64,000 nucleotides of DNA from Felis catus (lineage: Eukaryota), in NCBI RefSeq assembly GCF_018350175.1, contig NC_058383.1, positions 26,848,001 through 26,912,000 of the forward strand, written 5' to 3'. Under the pieces are notes generated by a model that was not told the origin of the DNA, made no database searches, and saw only the letters and a program-made list of their open reading frames with translations. The translations under genes and the position numbers were made by a program. Shown here piece by piece: positions 11,561 through 23,089 of this stretch. Within the stretch, counting starts at the first letter, position 1; the number at the start of each line of letters is the position of its first letter.

Positions 11561-13819
11561 ATTTTCTCTATTACGGTGGATATTACCATCCAAGTTTCTT
11601 CATTTATCTTTTCTTTCTAGGTGCTTATAGTTTTTTAATGTGACTTACCTCTGCCTGCCTACTTCAGTATGCCATTTAACTTGGATGGTGTGTCCAGATT
11701 GGCCCCTTCCTATGGTTGATATCTTGGCCCTTATCTTTCCCTGGTGACACATTGGGATTTCATAACCCCAATACTTACTGGGACTTTAGGAACAGTCCCG
11801 ATTTCAAATATTCCCATTCCCACAAGCCACTGAAATGTTTGGGAAATAGATGTTGGGCAACAGCAATAGCATTTGCTTTCGCTGTTACCTTCTACGTGCC
11901 TCAGAAGACACCATTCAAAGTCACATCTTGGCAAAACGGTTTCATATCATAGGCTTTGCAGCTATGTGTGAATAACTGAATTGATGATTACTATGTTAGT
12001 CAGGCTAGGCTCCACTGTGCTGCAGTAAAATAAACCCCACATTTCTGGTTTAATACAACAAGGATGGGTGTCTCTTTCACATCATAGTCAGATGTGGTTC
12101 TGGTGGCTCTTCATTACTTCTTGAACAGTGACTCAGAGGTCTGGGGAACTTGGGTCTTGCAACTCCACCATCTATCTCAACATTCTTTACTTCCAGCCAC
12201 TTGGGTGGGGGAGCGGATATGGCATATTCATGGACTATTACGCCCAAGACCAGTTAACGTCAACCTCATTTTTCAGATGAGGAGACATGTTCATTGCCAA
12301 GGTTTTCTACCCTAGTAAGAGGTAGATTCCAGACTAACATCACAGCTCTGACTATTGATTCCACTACATTTTTTTCTAACTAGAAATATTTCATCTATGC
12401 TTATGTTTCCTGTCTAGATTCACTTAGTCTCAGTAAGCTATTAGAATTGCCCTTCTTTTTTCTTGGTAATTTCAGCAGAGGTTCCAGGGAGAAACCCCTC
12501 CCCCCCACCCATTGGTTGTGCTTGGGCCACATGTCCATCTTCAAACCAATTGCCGTAAGCCAGACAATGTGATCTTCTGATGGGTCAGATCTGTGTCCTG
12601 TATGTAACTCTAGCGTGGAGAAAATAGAAAAAGAGGGCGTCTTCACCTCTACAGTGTGTAGTGGGAACCATGGGGAACTATTTCCCTAAATAAATCCAGT
12701 CAGAACTCTGCATTGTCTGGGCCATCGTTACTGGTCTGAGGATTAGCAAGTGGTCCAGGCCCAACCAATGAGAGCCCTTCCTGGAGTAAATGAACAAATG
12801 ATGCCTCTTTGGTGAAGGATGAGGGAATCGTTCCAAATGATGAAAAGTGAATTTAGGACAAGTTGACAGTCCGATGAAGATAAATTTTGCACATTGCATA
12901 GTTTTGCAACGGGGTTCATCTTGCTTGGGGTGTATTTTCAAGGACCCAGAACCTTTCTGGTGCAGAAATGATCCCTGTCTCCCTCTCCGCATTTGATTTC
13001 TGTCAATCCCATTGGAGTGGAACAGCCTTAGGCTGTAGCCAGCTTACCCCCACTCAAGGAATTCCATGAAGAGAAGGTGGTCCCTTCTTCCCCCTTCCCC
13101 CTCAATGTTTACCCCTTTCCTTCAATTTCCATGGACCTCATTCTCCTCCTTAGAAAATGCCTTCCCATCAATGAGGCTGAAAAACAGCCAGGAGGCCCAT
13201 CAGTACTCACTTCCGTGGGCAAAGTGACTTGTGCAGTGCTAGGCCTGAAGTTCGTTTATCTCTCCCTGAGTCAACGAGATTTTGACTATAGGCCTTTCTG
13301 CTATGTTCCTCCAGAGAGAGGTAAACTGCCTTTAAGTAATTGCTGAAGAAGGCATAAACCAGGGAAATTTGATTTGAGTATGCAATTTGAATCGGGAAAT
13401 GCTCGTATAAATAACCGAAGCAGCTGAATGCGGCAGGTTTGTGCTCTATAGATTTTTTTTTTTTTTTTTGACTCAGGGTCTTCAGAATAGAAGTTTTGCT
13501 GCAGCAGCTTAAACTATCCCAGGACTTTTTGGTCTGATCTTGTGCTAGTTTGGCATCATTAACCGCCAGTCTGGAGTTTGGTAAGTTGATGTTGCCCAAT
13601 TAACCTATATGATTGGAAGGAGGGAGTGGAAATTCTTGAACCCACAAACAGTGCTATAATCGGGAGCAGTGACACAGTCTTAAAAACCAAAACAAAACAA
13701 TTTTGAACTAGGAAAGAGTTTGGATTTATCTTGCACAACTTCACCAGTGAGGGAATTAGGAGCCAGAAACGGTAAATCACTTGCTAGTGGTCACTGAGAC
13801 TTTGGAAATTTCATGGTCA

Positions 13820-14185
13820 CCTTTTCCTGCAGCAACAAACAACCCCACATCCCAGAGGTGTGAGTGTTCAGCTTATATTACATCAGAGCTGCAGGTTACC
13901 CAGGATTCTCCTGAGCTGTCCTAACCTGGCCTTATTCCACATGTCTTCTCAGGGAACAGCCACCTTCTGGGGCATGTGATTCTCATGGTGGGCAAAGCTC
14001 AAGACCAAACCACAGGAGCGTGTTTATACCTCCCTTTGGAGATAGCTACTCCCTTTGGAGTGTCACATCTGCTCACATTCTATTGATCAAAACACAGGCC
14101 ACCAAGCCCAAGGACAACAGGGTGGCGATGATACTCTACCTTGTGGGAAGCATGGCAAGAGAGAGCAGGATACAAATAATTGTGG
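13820..14185 (-). mobile_element. MaLR (MLT1) LTR fragment
   Basis: 'gcagcaacaaacaaccccac...gtcacatctgctcacattctattgatcaaaac' typical of antisense MLT1. Confidence 0.5.
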
Positions 14186-14188
14186 ATA

Positions 14189-14385
14189 GGGGCACCTGAA
14201 TGACTCAGTCAGTTGCGCATCCAACTTCGGCTCAGGTCATGGTCTCGCAGTTCGTGGGTTCAAGCCCCACGTCAGGCTTTGCACTGATGGTGCAGAGGCT
14301 GCTTTGAATTCTCTCTCTCCCTTGCTCTGCCGTTCCCCCACTTCCACTCTTTCTCTCTCTCAAAAACAAATATTAAAAAAATAAT
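14189..14385 (+). mobile_element. CAN-SINE
   Basis: ggggcacctgaatgactcagt head, CT-rich tract, A tail. Confidence 0.9.
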
Positions 14386-14498
14386 GATAAAATACCAGCA
14401 GATCATTGTGGATAAATAATGCAATCCACCACCAGAAATCCTTGTAGTGTAGGAAGTCCTTGCAGTGATGAAAGTCCAAGAAGAAATGTGAAAACTGA

Positions 14499-14695
14499 GG
14501 GGCACTTGGGTGTCTCAGTTGGTTAAGTGTCTGACTCTTGATCTCGGCTGGGGTCATGATCTCATGGTTTGTGGGACCAAACCCCGCACCAGGCTCTGCA
14601 CTGACAGCACAGAACCTATGTCAGATTCTCTTGATCCCTCTCTCTCTGCCCCTCCCCTGCTCACACTCTGTCTCAAAATTAAACATTTAAAAAAT
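14499..14695 (+). mobile_element. CAN-SINE
   Basis: ggggcacttgggtgtctcag head; degenerate TSD aaatgtgaaaac / aattgtgaaaac. Confidence 0.9.
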
Positions 14696-15089
14696 TGTGA
14701 AAACGAGACAGTCTACTGAAAGTTTGCTGAATCCACATATTCTTTTGATGATGCTACCTATTTTGATTAATCTCTAGATTTGCCCTGTGACATCAACTTA
14801 CTGAGTGTTACCCCCAGATTCCTTCTTCGTGTCTACTCATCTCATCTAATGATCACCCAAATTCTTATTTCTACTTCCTAAATATGCCTCAAACGTCTAG
14901 TCTTTCTTCCCATGCTTCATTTCTCAGGTCACCTGCTTTTGTATTTCTTTGTTTGTTTGTTTTTCCAATCCGAGTTCTGCACTGTGGCCAGAGGAACCCT
15001 ATTCGTATCATATCTAGGTCACCCCCTTGCCTAACGTCCTCCCACAGATACAAGGATAGAATGCTATATACTTCTTCTGGCGTACCAAA

Positions 15090-15409
15090 TGTGCCAGAAT
15101 GGTGAAGCCTCTGCACCATTGAGTTCTTGCCACTCCCCAGCCTTGTGTCCAACATTTATTTATCTAAGATTGACCAGCCAGTTTGCAGATTAACCAGATT
15201 AACAAGGAGGCAGGACTCAAGACCTGTTCATGCCTCCACTGGGACTTGCTATGTAGGCAAGAGCTAAGTAAGGACTAACGGCTGGTTCCCAGGGGGCAGG
15301 GGGGCAGAACCCAGCCTGGATCACAGATGTTCTGTTTACAGAACATCCTTCCATAAGGCTTATCCTTCCATAAGGCTCAGCAACATAATGGACTCCTTGC
15401 TTCCCAACA
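15090..15409 (-). mobile_element. Probable ERV solo LTR (family not recognised)
   Basis: Minus strand starts TGTTGGGAAG, carries an internal tandem duplication, has AATAAA (plus-strand tttatt at 15155-15160) and ends near ...GGCACA. Confidence 0.5.
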
Positions 15410-15912
15410 CCATGGGACCAGTAAATAAGGCTCATCACTTGCCACTACGTAAGCCCCATTGGGCAGTCCCGGGACTCTGTCATGTTTTAAATAAGGATCA
15501 CCTACTCTCAGATATTGGAGAGTTGACTCTCGTTTTGTTTTGATTGTGATTTGGGGTTATTCCGACCATCTTGCCTCCATCACCCTATGAATGAGGTGGT
15601 GATTGTGCTTGGAATTAGCTGGAAATTTCACTCTCTGGAAGTGACTGTGCATTTGCTCCTGTTCAGTAGTTCTTTGTGGCTGTGATGCATTTTACCTCCC
15701 AATTTTTCAGTCCTCTACCCTTCAGCCTGCTCATGCTTTTCTGCCTTTGTTGATCTAGAAAACTCCTGTCAATATTTTGAACCTAGTTCACAGCACATCT
15801 CTGTTGAAAGCTCCATCCTCCCCGGAGAATTATTTGTGTCCTCCTCTAAGCTCTTATACTGCCTTGCACATGGCCACCTTCATTCATTGAGCCAATTAAT
15901 AGTTAAGAGTTT

Positions 15913-16075
15913 GGGGTGCCTGGGTGGCTTAGTCATTTGAGCCTCCCACTTGTGATTTTGGCTCAGGTCATGACCTCACAGTCATGAGATTGAGTCCTGT
16001 GTCAGGCTCCGCACTGGACATGGAACCTGTTTGAGATTCTCTCTCTCCATATCTCTATCTCACTGCCCTTCCACT

Positions 16076-16112
<37 letters not shown>

Positions 16113-16118
16113 AACCCA
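15913..16118 (+). mobile_element. CAN-SINE
   Basis: ggggtgcctgggtggcttagt head, long (CT)n tract. Confidence 0.9.
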
Positions 16119-16129
16119 AATATATAGTT

Positions 16130-16650
16130 GTGAAGGGTGTACTATGTGCCAGGCACTGTGCCAGGCACTGGGAGTACAATTGCGCATGAGTAGACAAAGT
16201 CCCTGCTGTCAGGATACCCACTGACTAGTGGGAATACGATGTCCAACGAACCAGTAAATGCGCCAGATGGTTGTCAATGGAGAGAGTGCTGAGCAGCAAA
16301 TAAATATGGTGATGAGCTAAAAAGAACCAGGGGAAGCCACTCAGTGAAGCCAGGAAAAACCTTTTTGAGGAAGTAATATTTCAACAGAGGCCTGAAAGGT
16401 GAGAAAGAACAAGGCTAGGAAATGGATGGAGGAAGAGCAGGTGCAGAAGGCAGTAGCAAGGACAAAAGGCCAGAGGCAAGAGAGGTCTTGATGGGCCTTG
16501 AGTGTTGATAGCAGTCAGGAGATTGGGTGGGACAGACCACGTGGGAGCTTGTCAGCCCTAACAGGGATTCTGGGTTCCAGTCTAAAAGCAGCAGGAAGAC
16601 TTGGAAGTGTTTTAAACAGAGGAATTGCATGATGTGATTCACCACTTTAA
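16130..16650 (-). mobile_element. L2 LINE fragment (resumes at about 17720-18080)
   Basis: 'actatgtgccaggcactgtgccaggcactggg' antisense L2 3' end followed by purine-rich L2 body. Confidence 0.75.
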
Positions 16651-17027
16651 AGTGTTTTTTAAATTAATCAATTTTTTAATTACATCCAAGTTAGTTAGCA
16701 TATAGTGCAATAATGATTTCAGGAGTAGATTCCTTTGCCCCTTACCCATTTAGCTCATCGCCCCTCCCACAACCCCTCCAGCAGCCCTCAGTTTGTTCTC
16801 CATATTTAAGAGTCTCTTATGTTTTGTCCCCTTCTTGTTTTTATATTGTTTTTGCTTCCCTTCCCTTATGTTCATCTGTTTTGTCTCTTAAATTCCTCAT
16901 ATGAGTGAAGTCATACGATATTTGTCTTTTTCTGACTAATTTCACTTAACATAATACCCTCTAGTTCCATCCTCGTAGTTGCAAATGGCAAGATTTCATT
17001 CTTTTTGATTGCCGAGTAATACTCCAT

Positions 17028-17224
17028 TGTGTGTGTGTGTGTGTGTATATGTATATATATACGTATGCATATATACATAAATATATATACATGTACATAT
17101 ATATACACATACATACATGCACATATATATGTACATATATACGTATGTATATATACGTATACATATATATATACACGTATATATACATACGTGTATATAT
17201 ATACATACATATACATATATATGT
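17028..17224 (+). repeat. Complex (TG)/(TA)/(CA) microsatellite inside the L1 (continues at 17376-17436)
   Basis: Directly visible. Confidence 0.95.
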
Positions 17225-17375
17225 AGCACATTTGAATCTCAACTCAGTCCCCTGGTACCTGTGAGATTTTAACTCTCTAGGAGATTTGTTTGGGTTATTC
17301 AAATGGAACACAGAATTTTTTTTAATTGCTTTTCAGGATCATTATATAACACATAATGAATCTGTCTGCCATGTA
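17225..17375 (-). repeat. Inverted duplicate of 18643-18793
   Basis: Manual alignment: 151 bp, ungapped, 5 mismatches. Confidence 0.95.
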
Positions 17376-17376
17376 C

Positions 17377-17437
<61 letters not shown>

Positions 17438-17505
17438 ACATCTTCTTTATCCATATTCATCCATCAATGGACATTTAGGCTCTTTCCATACTTTGGCTAT
17501 AAAGG

Positions 17506-17717
17506 TTTTTTTTAATGTTTATTTTTGAGAGAGAGAGAGAGAGAGAGACAGAGTGTGAGTGGGGAGGACAGAAAGAGAGGGAGACACAGTATCTGAAGCA
17601 GGCTCCAGGCTCTGAGCTGTCAGCACAGAACCCAATGTGGGGCTCGAACTCATGGACTGAAAGATACTGACCTGAGCCAAAGTCGGAGGCTTAACTGACT
17701 GACCCACTCAAGTGCCC
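17506..17717 (-). mobile_element. CAN-SINE (SINEC_Fc)
   Basis: Antisense body; outer TSD tgattcacca(c/t)tttaaa at 16635-16651 and 17720-17736. Confidence 0.95.
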
Positions 17718-17780
17718 TCTGATTCACCATTTTAAAACATTATCTGGGTTGCAATGGGAAGCAGGCATAGACAAAAAATC

Positions 17781-17818
<38 letters not shown>

Positions 17819-19669
17819 TTTTCTTAAGAGTTGCTCTTACGGAGCTGGTGCCTTGCCCCAGGATAGTGACCATGTGCCTACAAAGGCGTGGAGAGCATCA
17901 AGAGCTATTCTGGTGACAGAACCAACAGAATGGGTCTAATAGAAGGAGACGACTCACAGATGACTCCCTAGTGTTTGTCATGAGCAATCAGACAGATGGA
18001 GAGGCTTTACTGAGATATGGAAGATAGGAGAGAAGTATGGCATTGGATAAGACTAGAACTCCATTGGAGACCTCTAATAAGTTGGAGACTCCTATTACTG
18101 GGCCAAGCTGTCTGTCTTCTGCCAGACCGTGGTGTCTCTCCAGTGTTGAGCACAGTGCTTGACACGTAGCGGGTGCTCAAAAAGTATTTGTTGAATGGGG
18201 AGTCTAAATGATATGCTTAAAAGCTACAGATGACTAATGGCTTCTAGAACAACAGACGATCCAAAGTCTGTAGCAGTGGCTAATTAAACCATTCCCATCT
18301 GATGTCCAAAATATTGTATGCTAGAGACCCCCCCCCCCTTCTCTCCCCATTAATTGAACAGGCCCTGTCTTTTTTGCTCTTGTAGTCCATTGTTCTTCAA
18401 ATGTAATTAGCCCTTGTGTTTTGACAGTAAACGAGACTCCCCGTACTTTGATAAATGGCTTGTTTCTGGGAAAAGAGTATTTGTGAATACAAAACCCGGT
18501 CTCCCCGCCCAGCCCCCTTTTCTCCCACCTCTTTCTCTTCCTCCTACGTCAGGCTGCCCTTGGGCTACACCATCACCTTCAGGAAGGCCATGTTTCTTAG
18601 GAAAAGATAACACAGGAATAACAGTTACTTCTGAACACCGATTACATGGCAGGCAGATTCATTATGTGTTATATAATGATCCTGAAAAGCAATTAAAAAA
18701 AATTCTGTGTTCCATTTGAGTAAACCAAACAAATCTCCTAGAGAGTTAAAATCTCACAGTTACCAGGGAACTGAGTTGAGATTCAAATGTGCTCAGGTTT
18801 TCTCTGATCTCAAAGCCTGTGTCCTTTCTGTGATTCTGTGTCTCCTTTAGACCATAAGTAGCTGGACCTTTATTGAAGAGTTTCTTTATAGTTCACTTGG
18901 TTTTGTTTTGTTTTTTTAAACAGTTTAGGTAGATATAATTCATGGGCTATCCACTTAGCCCATTTGAAGTATATGCTTCAATGTACCTCACTTATTAATG
19001 GAACAAATAGTATCAGCTCTCACTCTTAGCAAGGGATAACACTCTTGAGATTGCTTCAAGTGTGTTATCTCCTATGATTTATTCTGGTCTTCTCATCAAC
19101 CCTCTGGTGCAGGGTGGTGGGAGGGGCAGGAATTATCAGCTGTATCTTACAGGTGAAGAAACTAAAAATGCCACACACAGTATGTGGTCAGCAGATCTGA
19201 TTGATGAATCTGACCACAAAGTGTACTCCCTTCGACTTTACACAATATGTTGTTGAACAGCTCCGTGGCCCTTCTCAATTGATAAAGATTGTTTTTTCAT
19301 GTCCGTGATCTCATTTGGTTCCTACACCAAGACTGGCTAACTGAGATGTTTTAGAACAATCTGAAAGATCTTCTAAACCAATTCAAATGGTTTCCCTCAT
19401 CCAGACCCAGGGAGGGGTACTGAATGTCTCAAAACTGTAGTGACCTCACATACATTAGGATTGTCACTATCAAAAGAAAAGAGAATAACAAGTGTTGAGG
19501 ATACAGAAAAATTGGAACCCTTGAGCACTGTTGGTGGGAATGTAAAATAGTGCAGCCATTATCGAAAACAGTATGGAATATCCTCAGAAAATTAAAAATA
19601 GAATCACCACATGATCAAGCAATTCCATTTCTGAGTATATATCCAAAAGAATTCAAAGCAAAATCTTGA

Positions 19670-20900
19670 CTTTTTTAGATTCCGCATGTAAGTGAGATCA
19701 TACAGTATTTGCTTTTCTGTGTTTGGCTTATTTTTACTTAGCATAATATCCAGGAGGTTCATCTCTGTTGTTGCAAATGGCAAGATTTTCTTCTTTTTTC
19801 TTCCAGTATATACATTTACCACATTTTCTTGGAACCTAAAAGAGTCAAACTCATAGCACCAGAGAGTAGAATGGTGGTTTCCAGGGATGGAGGGTTAGGG
19901 AGATATTGCTCAAAGGGTACAGACTTTCAGTCAGAAGATGAATACGTTTTGGAGATAAGATTTACAGCATGGTGATCATAATTATTAATATTGTATTGTA
20001 TACTTTTAATTTGTTAAGAGGGTAGGTCTTAAATGTTCTCACCACACACACAAAAGCTAACTGTGTGAGGTGATGGATGTGTTAATTAATTTGATTGTGA
20101 TTGTAATTTTACAATGTATATGTATATTACATGACCACATTGTATGCCCTAAACATACAATTTTTTTATTATTTTTTTAATTTAATTTAATTAAAAAATT
20201 TTTACATCCGAAATAGTTAGCATATAGTGCAACAATAATTTCAGGAATAGATTCCTTAGTGCCCCTTACCCATTTAGCCCATCCCCCCCTCCCACAACCC
20301 CTCCAGTAACCCTCAGTTTGTTCTCCATATTTGAGTCTCTTCTGTTTTGTCCCCCTCCCTGTTTTTATATTATTTTTGCTTCCCTTCCTTTATGTTCATC
20401 TGTTTTGTCTCTTAAAGTCCCCTATGAGAAGTCATATGTTTTTTGTCTTTCTCTAATTTCACTTAGCATAATACCCTCTAGTTCCATCCCCGTAGTTGCA
20501 AATGGCAAGATTTCATTCTTTTTGATTGCTGAGTAATACTCCATTGTATATATATACCACATTTTCTTTATTCATTCATCCATCAAGGGACATTTGGGCT
20601 CTTTCCATACTTTGGCTATTGTTGATAGTGCTGCTATAAACATGGGGGTGCACGTGTCCCTTAGAAACAGCACGCCTGTATCCCTTGGATAAATGCCTAG
20701 TAGTGCAATTGCTGGGTCGTAGGGTAGTTCTATTGTTAGTTTTTTGAGGAGCCTCAATACTGTTTTCCAGAGTGGCTGCACCAGCTTGCATTCCCAGAAA
20801 CATAAACAATTTTTATTTGTCAATTTTACCTTAATAAAGAATAATATAGCATGAAAAAAAAACCAAACTCATAAAAAAGCACCAAGATGCAAAAAAAAAA
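19670..20900 (+). mobile_element. L1MA-like element with 5' inversion (19670-19830 antisense, 19831 onward sense)
   Basis: The antisense segment reads up to 'ggaatctaaaaaag' and the sense segment starts 'ggaacctaaaagagtcaaactcatag'. Confidence 0.75.
20165..20797 (-). mobile_element. Feline L1 3' end (L1_Fc-like)
   Basis: ORF 20572..20823(-) 'WECKLVQPLWKTV...ELPYDPAIALLGIYP...CTPMFIAALSTIAKVWKEPKCP' is the L1 ORF2 C-terminal Cys-rich region; TSD aaacatacaattttt / aaacataaacaattttt. Confidence 0.95.
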
Positions 20901-21022
20901 AAGTGCATCATCTTGAAGAGTTATTTGCACATCCATGTTCATTGCACTAATAGTGACAATAGTAAAGAAGTGGAACCAAGACAAAGGTCCATCAATAAAT
21001 GATGGATAAAGAAAATGTGGTA

Positions 21023-21233
21023 GGGGCACCTGGGTGGCTCAGTTGGTTAAGCCTCCGTCTTCAGCTCAGGTGATGATCTCATGGTTTGTGGATTCGAGCC
21101 CATGTCGGGCTCTGTACTGACAGCTCATAGCCTGGAGACTTCTTCAGATTCTGTCTCCATCTCTCTCTGCCCCTCCCCTACTCATGTTCTGTCTCTCTCT
21201 CTCTTTCTCAAAAATTAAATGTTTAAAAAAATT
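21023..21233 (+). mobile_element. CAN-SINE (SINEC_Fc) inserted in L1
   Basis: Perfect 15-bp TSD taaagaaaatgtggt (21007-21021, 21234-21248). Confidence 0.95.
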
Positions 21234-22879
21234 TAAAGAAAATGTGGTGTGTGTGTGTGTGTGTGTGTAGAATGGAATATTGTTCTGCCATAAAAAAGAA
21301 TCACATGCTATAACATGGATGAAGCTGGAGAACATTATGCCAAGTGAAATAAGCCATCCACAAAAGGGCAAACACAGCATCATTCCACTCATATGAAGTA
21401 TCTAAAGTAGTCAGAATCATAGAAACAGGAAATAGAAAGGTGGTTGCCAAGACCTGGGGAGAAGAGGAATTCGTGTGAGTGGGTATAGCATTTCAATTTT
21501 GCAAGATGAAAAGGTTTGAGAGATCTGTTGTGCAACAACATGAATACATAGGGCACTACTGAACTGTATGCTTAAAAATGGTTAAAAAGGTAAATTTAAT
21601 GTTATGTGTCTTTTACCAGGGTGAAAAAAAAAATACTGGCTAAGGTGGACTTAGAACTTGAACCTGTGTCTCTAGGATCCAACAAGGTCAAGTCTGAGAG
21701 TGTGTCTGCCTTCTTTTGGCCAGGGCTGTATCTGTGTCTCATGCTGGGCATATTTTCTTTGCTATAGCAACCTTAAGAAGTAAATGGATGCTTCTGACAG
21801 ATCTCAGGGAGAATCAGATGAGCTGGGTGGACCCAGCAGAGAGTTGTCTATTCCAAATGTTTTAATCTCCCTTAGGATGGAGGTTCCAAATGGCACTATG
21901 GGGTAACCAGGGTGGCAATATTAGTCCTATACGGAGAAACCAAGACTCAACATAATGAATGGAGAGTTGAAGATCACTTAGGCTATCAGTGATGGAGAGG
22001 AGACTAGATCCCAGGAATTCCGCTGCTGGGTCCCATGTTAGTAAAGTGGGTGCTATAGCACATTTTTAAGTTTAGAACCCAAGAAAGAGGTGGAAAACAT
22101 GGATGTTTTCTTATTTTTATTATTTACTCTAAAGAACTTTGTAGAACACTGAAGAGCATAGTTCCACTGAGTTGTCCAGCCCTGACCCCTGCTTCCAGTG
22201 TTGATTAGTGAGCTCAAACTTAGTCTCCCTTGCAGGCTGCTAAACCACCGGATGTATAAGACACACACTTCTTCTGGGCCTCAGGGCCCTTTGAGCCCAC
22301 TCCTTCCAGTAGTAGATTTTCCCTTTTCATGCTTGAACTCCAGAGGCCCCCAAGGGCTTCTGCCTTAATTAAAATTTAAATTCACAAATCATTTCTTAAA
22401 CCGTCTCGCAGGCAGCCAAATAATCACGATCATTAGCGGGTGGTCGGAGTTGCTTTTGCTTTAATGCTTTTTGAAACACTGGCTTAGTCCCGTTATGATA
22501 TTTTCTACCACCTCTCTTGCCACAAACCCGGCCCAGAGAACACTGCTCTACTACCTGTGGTTTCTGTTGTAATACAGAGGTCCACGTTCCCAGTTTGGAG
22601 TGCACCTGTGCATCCCTGGCCCATCCTACTTCCTGTCCCTATTCCTGTATCCCACAGCTTGCTTGTGCCCTGGAGGCATGGCTTGGGGTCATTCTTCATT
22701 TGGGAACCAGTGAATGAGCAGGGAAGGTCTTGAAGCACAGGCAGAGTGAAGACCCATCACAAGGTTGGGCAGGTTTCCGCTGAGCCATCTCTGGGCCTTC
22801 CCATTGGGGTAGGTTCTTGAGCTGGGGCCACTGCTCCTGGAAACTCACAGGTGCCCTTCCCCACAGTCCTTCCCCTAGC

Positions 22880-23089
22880 CCATGGTTTCTCAACCTTGGT
22901 GTTACTGACATTTTGTACTGGATAGTTCTTTGTTGTGGGGGCCATCCTGTGCATTGTAGGATGCCTGGCAACATCTTTGTCTTCTACCTAGTAGAGGCCA
23001 GTAGCAAGCCCCAGTTTTGACGACACAAAGTATCTTGACACGTGGTCAAATGTCCCTTGGGGGCAAAGTTGTCCAGATGAGAACCACTG
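22880..23089. mobile_element. MER20 hAT-Charlie DNA transposon
   Basis: 'ggtttctcaaccttgg...tgacatttt...cctgtgcattgtaggatg...gagaaccactg' with MER20-like TIRs. Confidence 0.8.

Larger units (their letters stand above)
16660..17500 (-). mobile_element. Feline L1 3' end (L1_Fc-like), 5'-truncated
   Basis: 'tacatccaagttagttagcatatagtgcaa' terminus; antisense translation '[32 protein letters not shown]' is L1-like; closely similar to 20165-20797. Confidence 0.9.
19435..21632 (+). mobile_element. Old L1 (L1MB-like) host element, split by nested insertions
   Basis: L1 sequence breaks at 'aaatcttga' (19669), resumes at 'tcttgaagagttatttgcac' (20911) and ends 'gtaaatttaatgttatgtg...aaaaaaaaa'. Confidence 0.8.

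Noticed and set aside
16911..17311. Tyr/Ile/His-rich ORFs on both strands
   Set aside because: Translations of the microsatellite and L1 sequence.
20572..20823. L1 ORF2-like peptide as a functional CDS
   Set aside because: Only the C-terminal stub of a 5'-truncated L1; no endonuclease or RT domain.
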